Below, piece by piece: positions 1 through 9,496 of a stretch of DNA of 64,000 nucleotides. Positions within the stretch are counted from its first letter, which is position 1. Each line of letters starts with the position of its first letter. The position numbers and the translations under genes were made by a program. Source of the DNA: an uncultured delta proteobacterium (GTDB taxonomy: Bacteria > Myxococcota_A > Polyangia > Polyangiales > Houyiibacteriaceae); assembly GCA_963792825.1 (NCBI GenBank), contig CAWBXS010000005.1:320407-384406 (forward strand), written 5' to 3'. The notes below the pieces were generated by a model. That model saw only the letters and a program-made list of their open reading frames with translations, did not search any database and had not been told where the DNA came from.

Positions 1-3000
1 CTTGATGAAGAGAGGCTCGCCGAGATCGAGATCCGGCTCGGGACCCTTGGTTGGCTCAGTCGCATCGTCTCCCATGTCTTTTAGGAAACGATACAGAAAC
101 TCGGGCCAGTGCGTCGAGGCAATGACGCCGTGTTGGATTGCTTTCACGGCAGAGATGCGCATCCGAGTCCAAGCGACCATCTCCGGCTCGCCAGTCGGAA
201 AAGGTATGCGCCACCATTCGAAGATGTTTCCGGCGTCCCCCTTGTTCACGTATTCCATCCAGTATCGGCCTTCGATGAGATCGTTGCGCTGCGGCACCTT
301 GAAGATGCGGGTCTCGCACTCGTTGGTCGCGGACATCACCTGGTTCGACCCGAGCATCTCCAGGATGCCTTGGTAGACGCCGGGGGTGTTCATTCCGCCC
401 CACTCGCGAAGCTTGCCTGCCCATCGAAAGTAGCTCGTGAAGTTGAGCGACCCGCTCGGCGACGAAGAATCCTGGGCGCTCAACGGAAAGCGGCAAAAGA
501 ACGCGGTCTGTCCCTCGAGCCCGTAACCTGGGACATCGCGGTAAAAGACACCTCCATCCCACGGTTGCGGCCGGTTCACCTGGGTTCGTGCGTCACGGGG
601 GGCCGCAATCTTCCCGACCGACGTCACCGGCTCCGAGCTGCGCATTGCGAGTTGCTCGGCGCTGGGCCATTCCGGACGCCTCGAAAGTACGCGGGCGCGG
701 TAGCCGCCAAGCGATTCGATTGGCAGGCCATCGCTGCTGACGGACGCCACGGTTCCGACGTAGGTATCGCCTTCCTTGCCGTCGATGGTCGCTTTGCAGA
801 TTCGGCTGACCATCGGCGCCGGACTGCACTCTTCGATCCTCCAGTGATCGATTCGAACGGGAAGGCATTGATCGGGAACCACACAGAGCTGAAGGCTTTG
901 CAGCAGCGCATCGCGGAAATAGGGGTCGCCGAGCAGCCATGTCTCGCCGGAGAAACCTTGCGTCGCCGCGAACCTGCAATGTTTCGCATCGAGCTCATAA
1001 ACCTCCTCGATGCGCTGAAAGGATTTGCCCTGGAAGAGCACTGACCCGTATAGGTGTCTCCTCGGTCGAATCGGTAGCGCTTCACCGAGTGCTTCCGCGG
1101 TCCGGGAGGACGGCGCCGTCACCCCTCCGACGACGAAGCAAGCCGAGAAGTGCGCTTGTCCGAAGCCCGTCTGTTCGGATCGGATCTCGGCTCGGACGCG
1201 TTGCCCATCGGAGGCTGCCTCCTCGACACGCGCCTGGACCTCGATCACCAAGCCGCGATCGGGGTGCACGAGGAGCGGCCGTGCGAGCTCGACGTCTTCG
1301 ATCCGCAGCGGGAACGGAAGCACGGATCGGCCGATGACGTGCGCGACTGCCTGGGCCATCGCTTCGAGGCCGAAGACCGCCGGCAACAGATGGGAGCCCT
1401 CGTAGACGTGATCGCGGATGTAAGGATCTCGCTCGAGGTCGAGCTTGGTCCGGCAGATCAGCTCGCGATCCGGCTCGAGTGCGAGGATCTTATCGATGAA
1501 CCGATGCGCCCTTGGCAATGGAGGCAGCACCGGCTGCCACGTATCGACGCTGCCCAAGCGCGCGGTGACGATGACTTCCCTCACGCCTGGGTCCCGCGTC
1601 ACGAGCTCGACGAAACGTGCTGCGCCCTCTGCGACGGGAATCGCTTCGATCCCGAGCTTGGCGAGTCGCTCGATGCTGCCGAGCTTGGCTCCCATCCCCA
1701 CCTCGTCCCAGATGCTGTAGCCGAGCGACAGAGCTTCCAGCGACGGATGTCGGGCCGCAAACCGGCCGAGGCTGCGGTCGAGGCTCTGATTGGCGAACGC
1801 GTACCATGCATTGTGCGGCATTCCGATCACGCCGATGACTGAGGTCAGGGCAACGAACATCTTGGGGGGCGCATCGTCGAGGGCGTCGAAGAGATGCATG
1901 GCGCCAGTCACCTTGGGCGAGATCTCGCGCAGGACCTCCGAGACATCGGGCTCTTCGACGCGTCGCGGATGGTTCAGCCCAGCACCGTGAACGACGACGT
2001 CGAGCGCGCCGAAGTCGCGGCGAATGCCGGTGATGAGCCGCGCGACCTCCCGCCGTTCGCTGAGGTCACACTGACGATAATCGCACCGAAGACCCTCGGC
2101 TTGGAACCTGGCTAGGGTCTCACGGATTTCTTCGCCGTCGCCCGCTCGTGACTCCTGGTCTGGCACGGGCGAGCTTCCGACCAGCACCATGAGCGCACGA
2201 GTCTCGCGAGCCAACGCCAGGGCGCACTCGGCGGTGATGCCCTTTGCCCCGCCGGTGACCAAGACCACGTCATCGGCGCCGATGGCGGTCCTGCGAGGCC
2301 GGTACGACGCGCGGCTCTGCAGGCGCGGCTTGGCGACGAGGCGCCGCCCCTCGGCATCGTAACGAACCGACGCGAACGCCCGCTCGTCTGCGAGCTCTCC
2401 GATGACTGCATCCGCGATGCGAGCCGGCAGTGCCTCCGCGTGCTCGACCTCGATCGAACGCACACGAAGCCTCGGGCGCTCCAGGTGAACCGTTGCCGCA
2501 AACGCGTCCGGCGACCACTCGTAGCGGCCTTCCCCCGCCGGCTCTGAGGAGTACACCCGCAACCATGCGACGCTCCCGACTTGCTCGCGTACGTCCTTTC
2601 TCGATGGTAGTGCTCGCGCACCGCTCGTGAGCAGCTCGACCACCTCGTGCAATGAGTCGACGTCACGGAGAGCGGCCGTTCTCGTGCTGAGGATCAGTAC
2701 ATGGTCAAAAGGCGTGTTGTCGCTCGAGGCAGCCCTCGCGTCAGACACGTGAACGTCGACGCCTCGGGCCACGAGCTCGCGCGATACGTCGAGAACGAGG
2801 GCGTCATGTGGATCACGAGCCAACAGCAACGTGCGGCCGGCCTGCACACCGCGGCCCTCTCCTCCCGCGCGCAACGGCTCTTCGTCCCATTGAAGCGCGA
2901 AGTTTCCCACCCAGGGCTTGGTCTTGCGTCCGTCCTTCGCCACCGCGCCATCGCTTTTCGAGTCGGCGACGACCACCGACCCGGGAGAAGCTTCGAGCTG

Positions 3001-6000
3001 CTCCAAACGCTCGACGAGCTCCCCGAGAGTCGCGTCGGCAAACTGCGCTGCGTCGAACGTCTCGGTAATTCCGAGCTGATCGGCCACGTCGGAGACTAGC
3101 TCGACGGTCTTGATCGAATCGAGATGCAGATCGTCCACCAGCCGCAGCTCGAGCGTCAAGCTCTCGACTGGAAAGCCGGTCTGCTCGCCCACTGCGGCAA
3201 GCACTGCGCAGCGAGTAGCGGACTTGGGGACGACCTGCGACTCCCGAACCTGCTGGTTCGGAGACTCCTGCGACGCGTTGGGAGCGCCGGACGGCGAAGG
3301 ATACAACCTGAGCGCAGGCCGGGTAGGTTCGAAAGGAATGGCCGTCACCGACGGGGCGATCTCATCGGCGAACGGTCGCTCGCACGGATTTTCGATGAAC
3401 TTCCGTTCCGACGCGGGAACGAAGGGCCTGCACAACCGGTTTTCGTAGAGTGTCTCCAAACGCAGCCGGTGACCATGGGCGAAGAGCGCCGCGACGGCCA
3501 CGTTGAGATCCTGGTCCTCCGCAGGGCGAGACTCGATAGGAAAACAGCGCAACCGTTCCTCGCTGACGATGCGTTTCACGAGTCCGCTCAACACGCGCCC
3601 GGGGCCTACCTCGAGAACGAGGCTACACCGACTCGACATCTCGCGCGCCAAGGTGACGAAGTCGACCTCGGCGCACATCTGACGCGAAAGGTAGTCTCGA
3701 ATCGATACCCCGGCGCGAATCTCGGCGCCGTCGATCGCGCTCAGCATCGGCGTGTGGAGGGGGTCGGAGACATCGGGGAAGTCGTCGGCTTCACGCAAAG
3801 AGGTCGATGCAGCACGGAAATGCGCCGAATGAAATGCGCCAGAGACGTCGAGCAGCACGGCGACAATCGACCGCGCCTTCGCCGCGCGGACGAGGCGTTC
3901 GACCGCGTCACGATCCCCGGAGACGACGGTCTGCGAGGGCGCGTTGAGATTGGCGATCGCGCAGTAACCGGAGGCCTCCTCGATCAACTCTTCGGCCTCC
4001 TGGCGGCCGCACGACAGGTTGGCCATGGCGCCGGGAGCATCGGCGTCGGCCATCAGGCGACCTCGTCTCGCTGCGAGCTGGATCAGCGACCGCTCGTCAA
4101 ACGCTCCTGCCGCGTGAAAGGCACTGAGCTCGCCCAGACTGTGGCCGCCGACTACGGCTGGGGACACGCCGAGCCGTGCGAGATGCTTCAACCAGAGCAC
4201 GCTCGCAAGACAGATCGCGGGCTGCGCATGTTGCGTTTGACGAAGCAGACGGCGCCAACCGAGAACCTGCTCGTGGTCGAGGGCGCGCTCGAGCGGCCGG
4301 AAGATCAAGGGTGTGATCGCCGGCTCACCAAGCTCGGCTAGCCACTCGTCGGCCCGTTCTACGAAGCGCTTCGCCCAGTCGAAACGCCGAACGAGCTGGC
4401 GCGCCATGCCGAGCTGCTGAGAGCCCTGGCCCGGAAACAGAAACCCAACGTTCGCACGTGGGGCTCCGTTCGCGACCCATGCACGAGCGTTGCCCTCCGG
4501 ACAGCAACGCGTCACGCCTCGGGCAGGGGGTTCGCGGCGAAGAGCGTCGAGGACCTCCGCGAGACGCTGCTCGAGCTCGTCCGGATTGCGTGCGACGACT
4601 GCAGCCCGAGCACTCACGTCGAACTTTGCTTCCGCTGAAAGCTCCGCCGCGAGGTCGGCGAGCTCGCCCATGCTCAGCCCCTCCGACCGCCTGATGACGT
4701 CTCCCACGCGCGTTTTCAATGCATCCATTCCGTCTGCAGCCATGACGAACAGCTCGCTTCCCTGGGCGGAGGAAAGCAACGCTTCTTCATCGACCGATGG
4801 CGTGAGTCGCGAAGCCGGCGGATCGCCAGACTCCAGGGTGACGTGGGTGTTGATCCCCCCGAAGCCCATTGCGGACACGCCAGCCCGAATCACGGCATCC
4901 GGAGATTCCACGTGCCCCTCGAGAAGCGGGTAGAGCACCCGCGCCTCGTCATCGAAGGTCGGGTTCGGGTCGATGCAGCCCGAAGTCGGTGGCACCACGC
5001 GCCTGTTCGCAGCAATGACGGCTTTGATGAAGCCTCCGATCCCCGCGGCCGCCTTCGTGTGACCCACGATCGACTTGAAGGAGGTGATCCCGCAGCTTCT
5101 CGGGCGCTCGGCGCCGTACGCCTTCATCGCCTGGGCGATCGCTTTGAGCTCGACCGGATCGCCCGCGGGGGTTCCGGTGCCGTGACCCTCGACGAAGTGC
5201 AAAAGCTCGGGCGAGTAGCCCGCGCGCTTGTAGGCCCTCCGAATCGCCAGCGCCTGTCCGTCCACACTCGGCGCGGTGATTCCGCCTTTGCCATCGGAGG
5301 AAACCCCCCACCCCCTCACGACCGCGTAGACGTAGTCACCATCGGCACGGGCGTCGAAGAGCCGTTTGAGCACGACGAAGCCGCAGCCCTCGCCCGGCAC
5401 GAAGCCGTTGGCGGCGCGATCGTAAACCCGCATCTCGGTCGGGCTCAGCGCGCCGACTTTGGCAAAGCCCACGAGCTCGAACGGGTCGAGGCTGATGTCG
5501 ACCCCGCCGACCAATGCCACGTCGAGGTCTTCGTCCCGCAGAGCGCTTGCAGCGGTGGTCACTGCCAGAAGCGAGGAGGCGCACGCGCCATCGACGACGT
5601 AGCCTCCGCCTCGAAGATCCAAGAAATTGCAGATGCGCCCCGCGATCGTGTTCGACAACGCGCCCGCCAGAGTGTCTTCGTCGACGGGTGGAAAGACCGA
5701 CTTGAAATACGATTGCGTCGAGCTGACGAGATCGTCGGTCGCGTTCGCGGCGAGACCTTCATGTCGCGCCGCCGCCCGAATCGTTCGCTCGATGAAGGGC
5801 CATCGCACGCGAAGGCTCGACGAACGGCTTTGCTCGCCCGTCAGCGTGTTGCCGACGACGACTCCGGTGCGATCTCTTGGAAGGGTCTCCCGGCCGTACC
5901 CCGCGTCGCTCAGCGCCTGCAACGCAACCTCGAGCGCAAGCCAGTGCGCGATGTCGGTGCCTTCGAAGGTTCGCCGAGGAATGCGCCGCCCGATCCAATC

Positions 6001-6231
6001 GAACTCGAAGCCATCGATGACCGCCGCGTTGCGCCCGTAGGTCTTGTCGGGCGCACGCGCCTCCGGGTCGTAGTACGATTCGAGCGGAAGCCGCGCCCGC
6101 GGCAAGCGGCGAAACGCCTGTCGGCGGCCGAGGACGTTTTCCCAAAGCCGGGAGGGCCTGGGGGCGTCGGGGTACCAACAGCCGAGTCCTATCACAGCGA
6201 TCGCATCGTCCGGAACGGGTAGTTTTCTCAT
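1..6231 (-). CDS. pksE: Enediyne-type (PksE-like) iterative type I PKS, KS-AT-ACP-KR-DH-hotdog thioesterase-like; 3' end beyond window edge
   Basis: Manual translation from ATG 6231 (MRKLPVPDDAIAVIGLGCWYPDA). KS: DGACASS, EGHGTGT, KSIVGHTKAAAG, LDPFELVGFAK, MRVYDRAANGFVPGEGCG. AT: GHSLGEL, GAFHS. ACP: LVDDLHLDSI. KR: VTGGAKGITAEC. DH: DHVYEGSHLLP, LYGSVLFQG, LLGDPYFRD. Then SGSLNFTSYFRWAGKLRE. No stop seen in the segments translated and no ORF-track entry closes in this frame, consistent with an open frame to position 1. Confidence 0.93.
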   Translation of the reverse strand, partial: MRKLPVPDDAIAVIGLGCWYPDAPRPSRLWENVLGRRQAFRRLPRARLPLESYYDPEARAPDKTYGRNAAVIDGFEFDWIGRRIPRRTFEGTDIAHWLALEVALQALSDAGYGRETLPRDRTGVVVGNTLTGEQSRSSSLRVRWPFIERTIRAAARHEGLAANATDDLVSSTQSYFKSVFPPVDEDTLAGALSNTIAGRICNFLDLRGGGYVVDGACASSLLAVTTAASALRDEDLDVALVGGVDISLDPFELVGFAKVGALSPTEMRVYDRAANGFVPGEGCGFVVLKRLFDARADGDYVYAVVRGWGVSSDGKGGITAPSVDGQALAIRRAYKRAGYSPELLHFVEGHGTGTPAGDPVELKAIAQAMKAYGAERPRSCGITSFKSIVGHTKAAAGIGGFIKAVIAANRRVVPPTSGCIDPNPTFDDEARVLYPLLEGHVESPDAVIRAGVSAMGFGGINTHVTLESGDPPASRLTPSVDEEALLSSAQGSELFVMAADGMDALKTRVGDVIRRSEGLSMGELADLAAELSAEAKFDVSARAAVVARNPDELEQRLAEVLDALRREPPARGVTRCCPEGNARAWVANGAPRANVGFLFPGQGSQQLGMARQLVRRFDWAKRFVERADEWLAELGEPAITPLIFRPLERALDHEQVLGWRRLLRQTQHAQPAICLASVLWLKHLARLGVSPAVVGGHSLGELSAFHAAGAFDERSLIQLAARRGRLMADADAPGAMANLSCGRQEAEELIEEASGYCAIANLNAPSQTVVSGDRDAVERLVRAAKARSIVAVLLDVSGAFHSAHFRAASTSLREADDFPDVSDPLHTPMLSAIDGAEIRAGVSIRDYLSRQMCAEVDFVTLAREMSSRCSLVLEVGPGRVLSGLVKRIVSEERLRCFPIESRPAEDQDLNVAVAALFAHGHRLRLETLYENRLCRPFVPASERKFIENPCERPFADEIAPSVTAIPFEPTRPALRLYPSPSGAPNASQESPNQQVRESQVVPKSATRCAVLAAVGEQTGFPVESLTLELRLVDDLHLDSIKTVELVSDVADQLGITETFDAAQFADATLGELVERLEQLEASPGSVVVADSKSDGAVAKDGRKTKPWVGNFALQWDEEPLRAGGEGRGVQAGRTLLLARDPHDALVLDVSRELVARGVDVHVSDARAASSDNTPFDHVLILSTRTAALRDVDSLHEVVELLTSGARALPSRKDVREQVGSVAWLRVYSSEPAGEGRYEWSPDAFAATVHLERPRLRVRSIEVEHAEALPARIADAVIGELADERAFASVRYDAEGRRLVAKPRLQSRASYRPRRTAIGADDVVLVTGGAKGITAECALALARETRALMVLVGSSPVPDQESRAGDGEEIRETLARFQAEGLRCDYRQCDLSERREVARLITGIRRDFGALDVVVHGAGLNHPRRVEEPDVSEVLREISPKVTGAMHLFDALDDAPPKMFVALTSVIGVIGMPHNAWYAFANQSLDRSLGRFAARHPSLEALSLGYSIWDEVGMGAKLGSIERLAKLGIEAIPVAEGAARFVELVTRDPGVREVIVTARLGSVDTWQPVLPPLPRAHRFIDKILALEPDRELICRTKLDLERDPYIRDHVYEGSHLLPAVFGLEAMAQAVAHVIGRSVLPFPLRIEDVELARPLLVHPDRGLVIEVQARVEEAASDGQRVRAEIRSEQTGFGQAHFSACFVVGGVTAPSSRTAEALGEALPIRPRRHLYGSVLFQGKSFQRIEEVYELDAKHCRFAATQGFSGETWLLGDPYFRDALLQSLQLCVVPDQCLPVRIDHWRIEECSPAPMVSRICKATIDGKEGDTYVGTVASVSSDGLPIESLGGYRARVLSRRPEWPSAEQLAMRSSEPVTSVGKIAAPRDARTQVNRPQPWDGGVFYRDVPGYGLEGQTAFFCRFPLSAQDSSSPSGSLNFTSYFRWAGKLREWGGMNTPGVYQGILEMLGSNQVMSATNECETRIFKVPQRNDLIEGRYWMEYVNKGDAGNIFEWWRIPFPTGEPEMVAWTRMRISAVKAIQHGVIASTHWPEFLYRFLKDMGDDATEPTKGPEPDLDLGEPLFIK

Positions 6232-6268
6232 GAACGTCTTGGGCCTCTCCATCCTTCAGCTCGAGTGG

Positions 6269-7087
6269 TCATCGTGGCGCTCGCTTTCCGCTTATTCGCC
6301 GGGACTGCTTCTGCAATGCGCCGAGCTCGTGGAATCCGCCGAATCGCACGCCGTGTTTCGGCGCTTGAGGCCACGGTCCACGCCCGCCCAACACCAGGGC
6401 GACGTCTCGTTCACGGCAGACGCCGCCCACGGCCGCTTCGACTTGACGAAGCAAAGCCGGGTCGAGACAGCCTTCAGACGCGGACAGACCTACCATTCGG
6501 ATGCGTTCGTCTGAGCGCACCTCGTCTGTGATCGCTTCGGTCGGAGTCCACGCGCCGAGCCACTTGGATGTCCAGCCCAACTCGCGAAGGCAAAGCTCCG
6601 CGAGCGAGAGGCCGAGCGTGTGCCCCTCGGACTGCACACAGGCCAGAAGACAGATGGGGGCGTTCGGCAACAACGGAAGTGACTCGGTAATTCGCGCGAG
6701 CGCGCGCGCCAGGCGCTCCGAGGCGATGTGCTCTTGGCCGATCGTCAGCTCACCCCTCGCCCATCGGAGGCCGATCTCGGTCAGGACGGGATCGAGCTCT
6801 TCGGCGACCTGGCGCCAGGAGGCCACGCGTCCACGCGCCCGCAACAACGAAAGCTCGTGACTCATCTCGGACAAGAGGATGTCGATCCAACGAGCCACCC
6901 CGTCGATCGCCGGCTCCTCGTGGCTTTGAAGTCGGGCGAAATGCTCCAACGCCCCACGCGTGAATCTTCGGTGTCCGCCCGCGGTGCGGACACAGGGAAG
7001 CAGACCGGTGTCCGCCCAACGTTTCACGCTCGTCGGCCCGACCCCCATGAACCGTGCCGCTTGCGCTGTGCTCAGGAGGTCCGCCAC
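6269..7087 (-). CDS. CarH/LitR-like regulator: MerR-type HTH plus cobalamin-binding domain
   Basis: N-terminal HTH (TAQAARFMGVGPTSVKRWAD...RTAGGHRRF), W-x9-EH motif (WARGELTIGQEH) and ExHxxG (EGHTLG) B12-binding motif. Confidence 0.88.
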   Translation of the reverse strand: MADLLSTAQAARFMGVGPTSVKRWADTGLLPCVRTAGGHRRFTRGALEHFARLQSHEEPAIDGVARWIDILLSEMSHELSLLRARGRVASWRQVAEELDPVLTEIGLRWARGELTIGQEHIASERLARALARITESLPLLPNAPICLLACVQSEGHTLGLSLAELCLRELGWTSKWLGAWTPTEAITDEVRSDERIRMVGLSASEGCLDPALLRQVEAAVGGVCRERDVALVLGGRGPWPQAPKHGVRFGGFHELGALQKQSRRISGKRAPR

Positions 7088-7142
7088 TCAGCGGAGAATA
7101 CGAACGAATTGGTCGACTTTCAATCCTCTTGAAAAGATTGAA
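7088..7142 (-). promoter_or_regulatory. Sigma70-type promoter (TTGAAA-17-TATTCT) with overlapping inverted repeat; likely leaderless transcript
   Basis: -35 at 7123-7118 and -10 at 7100-7095, 7 nt before the GTG at 7087, with no Shine-Dalgarno. Palindrome TTCAATC-N10-GATTGAA at 7119-7142 overlaps the -35. Confidence 0.6.
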
Positions 7143-7361
7143 CTTTCTTGGCGTGCCGAAACCGAGTCTCGGAAGAGCTTCGCGATGCAGGCTCCAAACC
7201 GTCCGTGGCGGGGGAGAATGGGCCCGGTGGGTCCCCACTCGAGGCGGTTTTAGACCGGTCGGAAGAGCGCAGGGACGATTTCGGCCAAAACGATTCGCCC
7301 CGAGCGCCTAGCTTTCCGCTGCGCCCCTAACCGGGGATCGCTGATACCGTCCCGACGCGAC

Positions 7362-8582
7362 ATGAGCCAATCAAGGAAATCCCTCGGTCCGGCGTTTCCG
7401 CTCTCCATGGTCACGTTCCTTGGCGACCCCCTCCGAAAACAGCTCCTTCGCGTCGACGAGCAACGGGTGATGAGACTCGCAGAGCGCCTGACGGGGCTCG
7501 ACGACTACGGCGATGGCGGTTTTCGTAGACGATTGGAGGAGACGATCGAGACCGCGCTTCGAACCGACTGGAACACGCTCGGCCGCTTCGGGCTTCGCTA
7601 CATCTTGCACTGGCACCTGACCAACCGTCTGCGCATCGTAGAGCTCCTCAAGCAACGGCCCGAGCTCGAGGAGATCGAGATCGAACGGCCGCTCGTGATC
7701 ACCGGCTTGTTCCGAACCGGAACCACGTTTCTCCACAACGTCTTGGCAGCCGACCCGAATAATCGCGTTGGACGCATGTGGGAGCTCGCTCATCCCGTGG
7801 GTCGCAAGCACGACTTGCTGGGCGACGCGAAGTGGCGGCGCTGGCGCGCAGGGCACGAGGTCGCGATGGACGAGATCATGATCCCAGAGCAAGCCGAGGC
7901 ACACGTCGTCACCGTAGAGGCCTACGAGGAGGACTTCTTTTTGCTGGAGAACGACATGGCCATCATGAAGCTCTTCGTCGGCCTCGGCGATTTCGAGTAC
8001 GCGAAACGGATGCTCGCCTGGGACATGGTCGAACCGTACCAGTGGCACAAGCGGCAGCTTCAGATCCTCTGGGAGCAGCGATCGGCGAAGCGGTGGCTTT
8101 TGAAATGCCCCTGGCATCTCTGGAATTTGCATGCGCTCTTCGCGGTCTACCCGGATGCGCAAGTGATCCAGACGCATCGAGGTCTCGTCGACGCCATCGG
8201 CTCTCAGTGCAGCCTGAGCGCACGCATCGCAGCGAAGTTTCAGCGTACCTTGAGCCTCGATGACTTGGGGAGCTTCTGGCTGGATTACTCTCGAATAGGC
8301 ATCGAGCGTGGCCTTCGGGCGAGGGGCGCAATTCCTGAATCGCAGGTCTACGACGTGCGTCTCAAAGACTTTCTTTCCAGCCCACTCGACGTGACCGAGG
8401 ACATTTACGCGAGGTTCGGCCTGCCTTTCGATGGCGCCCTCGCCCGGCGACTGGTGGCGCGCATCGCCGAGGAGCCAACGGCCCAACTTGGCGAGCACGA
8501 CTACGACATCGCCGACTATGGGCTCACCGAAGACCGAATCGAGGGCACATTCGAAGGCTACCGCCAGCGCTTCTCCGTCTAA
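7362..8582 (+). CDS. Sulfotransferase family protein
   Basis: PAPS-binding-like ITGLFRTGTTFLH, WLLKCPWHL, QTHR; 406 aa. Confidence 0.85.
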   Translation: MSQSRKSLGPAFPLSMVTFLGDPLRKQLLRVDEQRVMRLAERLTGLDDYGDGGFRRRLEETIETALRTDWNTLGRFGLRYILHWHLTNRLRIVELLKQRPELEEIEIERPLVITGLFRTGTTFLHNVLAADPNNRVGRMWELAHPVGRKHDLLGDAKWRRWRAGHEVAMDEIMIPEQAEAHVVTVEAYEEDFFLLENDMAIMKLFVGLGDFEYAKRMLAWDMVEPYQWHKRQLQILWEQRSAKRWLLKCPWHLWNLHALFAVYPDAQVIQTHRGLVDAIGSQCSLSARIAAKFQRTLSLDDLGSFWLDYSRIGIERGLRARGAIPESQVYDVRLKDFLSSPLDVTEDIYARFGLPFDGALARRLVARIAEEPTAQLGEHDYDIADYGLTEDRIEGTFEGYRQRFSV

Positions 8583-9487
8583 CCTCTTTCGCTCTCCCGT
8601 TCGGTTTGCGAGGGCACTCGAGCGATGGCAATCCGGTAGAATTCATAGCCGTGCATGATGCGGTCGACCTGAGGGATATACCTCGCCCGGTAGTCGGCGC
8701 TTCCGATGTCTTGCTCGAGCTGCAGGCCGCGACCGCTCAGGAAGCTTGCCAAGGCGGCCGGGTCTAGGCCGAACGTCCATTGTTCGCCGGCTGCTTTCAA
8801 CGTCGCGCGGAGACGCTCCGTCCCGGCAAACGCCCGCGGTTCGTCTATCACGGCGCGATCGACGTAGGTGAAGAGGAGAATGCTCCCTGGGGCTGCCCGG
8901 GCGCACCATCGAAGCGTGGTATCGACGGCCGCCTCAGTCAGATAAGTGGTCACCCCCTCCCAGAGAATGAAGGTTGGTGCCTGTTCGGACCAGCCGGCGG
9001 CCTCCATCGCGCGGTCGAGATCGCCCCACTTGAAATCGATCCCCACGAAGCGAACCTCGGAAGGAACGTCGACCGAAGCACGGGCGAGGATGATTTGCTT
9101 CCTCGCAAGCGTATCAGGGTGGTCGACCTCGAATAGACTCAGCCTCGACAAATCGTCCAGTCTGTAGGCGCGGCAGTCGAACCCGGCGCCGAGAATCACG
9201 AGCTGCTCGATTCCTCGGCCGAGCGCGGCCTCGATCGTGTCGTCGATGAAACGCGTGCGTGCGACGGCAGAGGAACGTGCGCCCGCCCAGCGTCGATCGA
9301 TGAAGCAGGCGAGGAGGTCCGCGACGCCTGGCACGCGGCACAGCGCCACGACCGCGCGAAGAGACGGCCTCAAGAAGCTCCGTGCAAAAGGGTCCTCGAA
9401 CAGCCGTCTCCGAGCTGGAAGGGCCGACTCGATCGCGCGAAACAGCGCCACGTATTCCGCTGTGCGGCTGGCCTGTCCTTCCTTCAC
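8579..9487 (-). CDS. SAM-dependent methyltransferase (LCM/Rv0731c-like)
   Basis: SRTA, EDPFA, ARTRFID, QLVILGAGFDCRAYRL, FEVDHP, WEGVTTYL. Confidence 0.9.
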   Translation of the reverse strand: MKEGQASRTAEYVALFRAIESALPARRRLFEDPFARSFLRPSLRAVVALCRVPGVADLLACFIDRRWAGARSSAVARTRFIDDTIEAALGRGIEQLVILGAGFDCRAYRLDDLSRLSLFEVDHPDTLARKQIILARASVDVPSEVRFVGIDFKWGDLDRAMEAAGWSEQAPTFILWEGVTTYLTEAAVDTTLRWCARAAPGSILLFTYVDRAVIDEPRAFAGTERLRATLKAAGEQWTFGLDPAALASFLSGRGLQLEQDIGSADYRARYIPQVDRIMHGYEFYRIAIARVPSQTERESERG

Positions 9488-9496
9488 AGCTTCCCC

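Noticed and set aside
109-6222. Long + strand ORFs (109-1044, 1150-1842, 3124-4341, 4843-6222)
   Set aside because: In-register antisense shadows of the PKS gene; no recognisable motifs.
1-6231. Calling this a bona fide enediyne antibiotic cluster
   Set aside because: No E3/E4/E5 or other cassette genes are visible, the architecture differs and the downstream side is outside the window.
7100-7110. TTCGTTCG half-site resembling the ROK operator in the regulator promoter
   Set aside because: Only one half-site and no functional link; probably chance.
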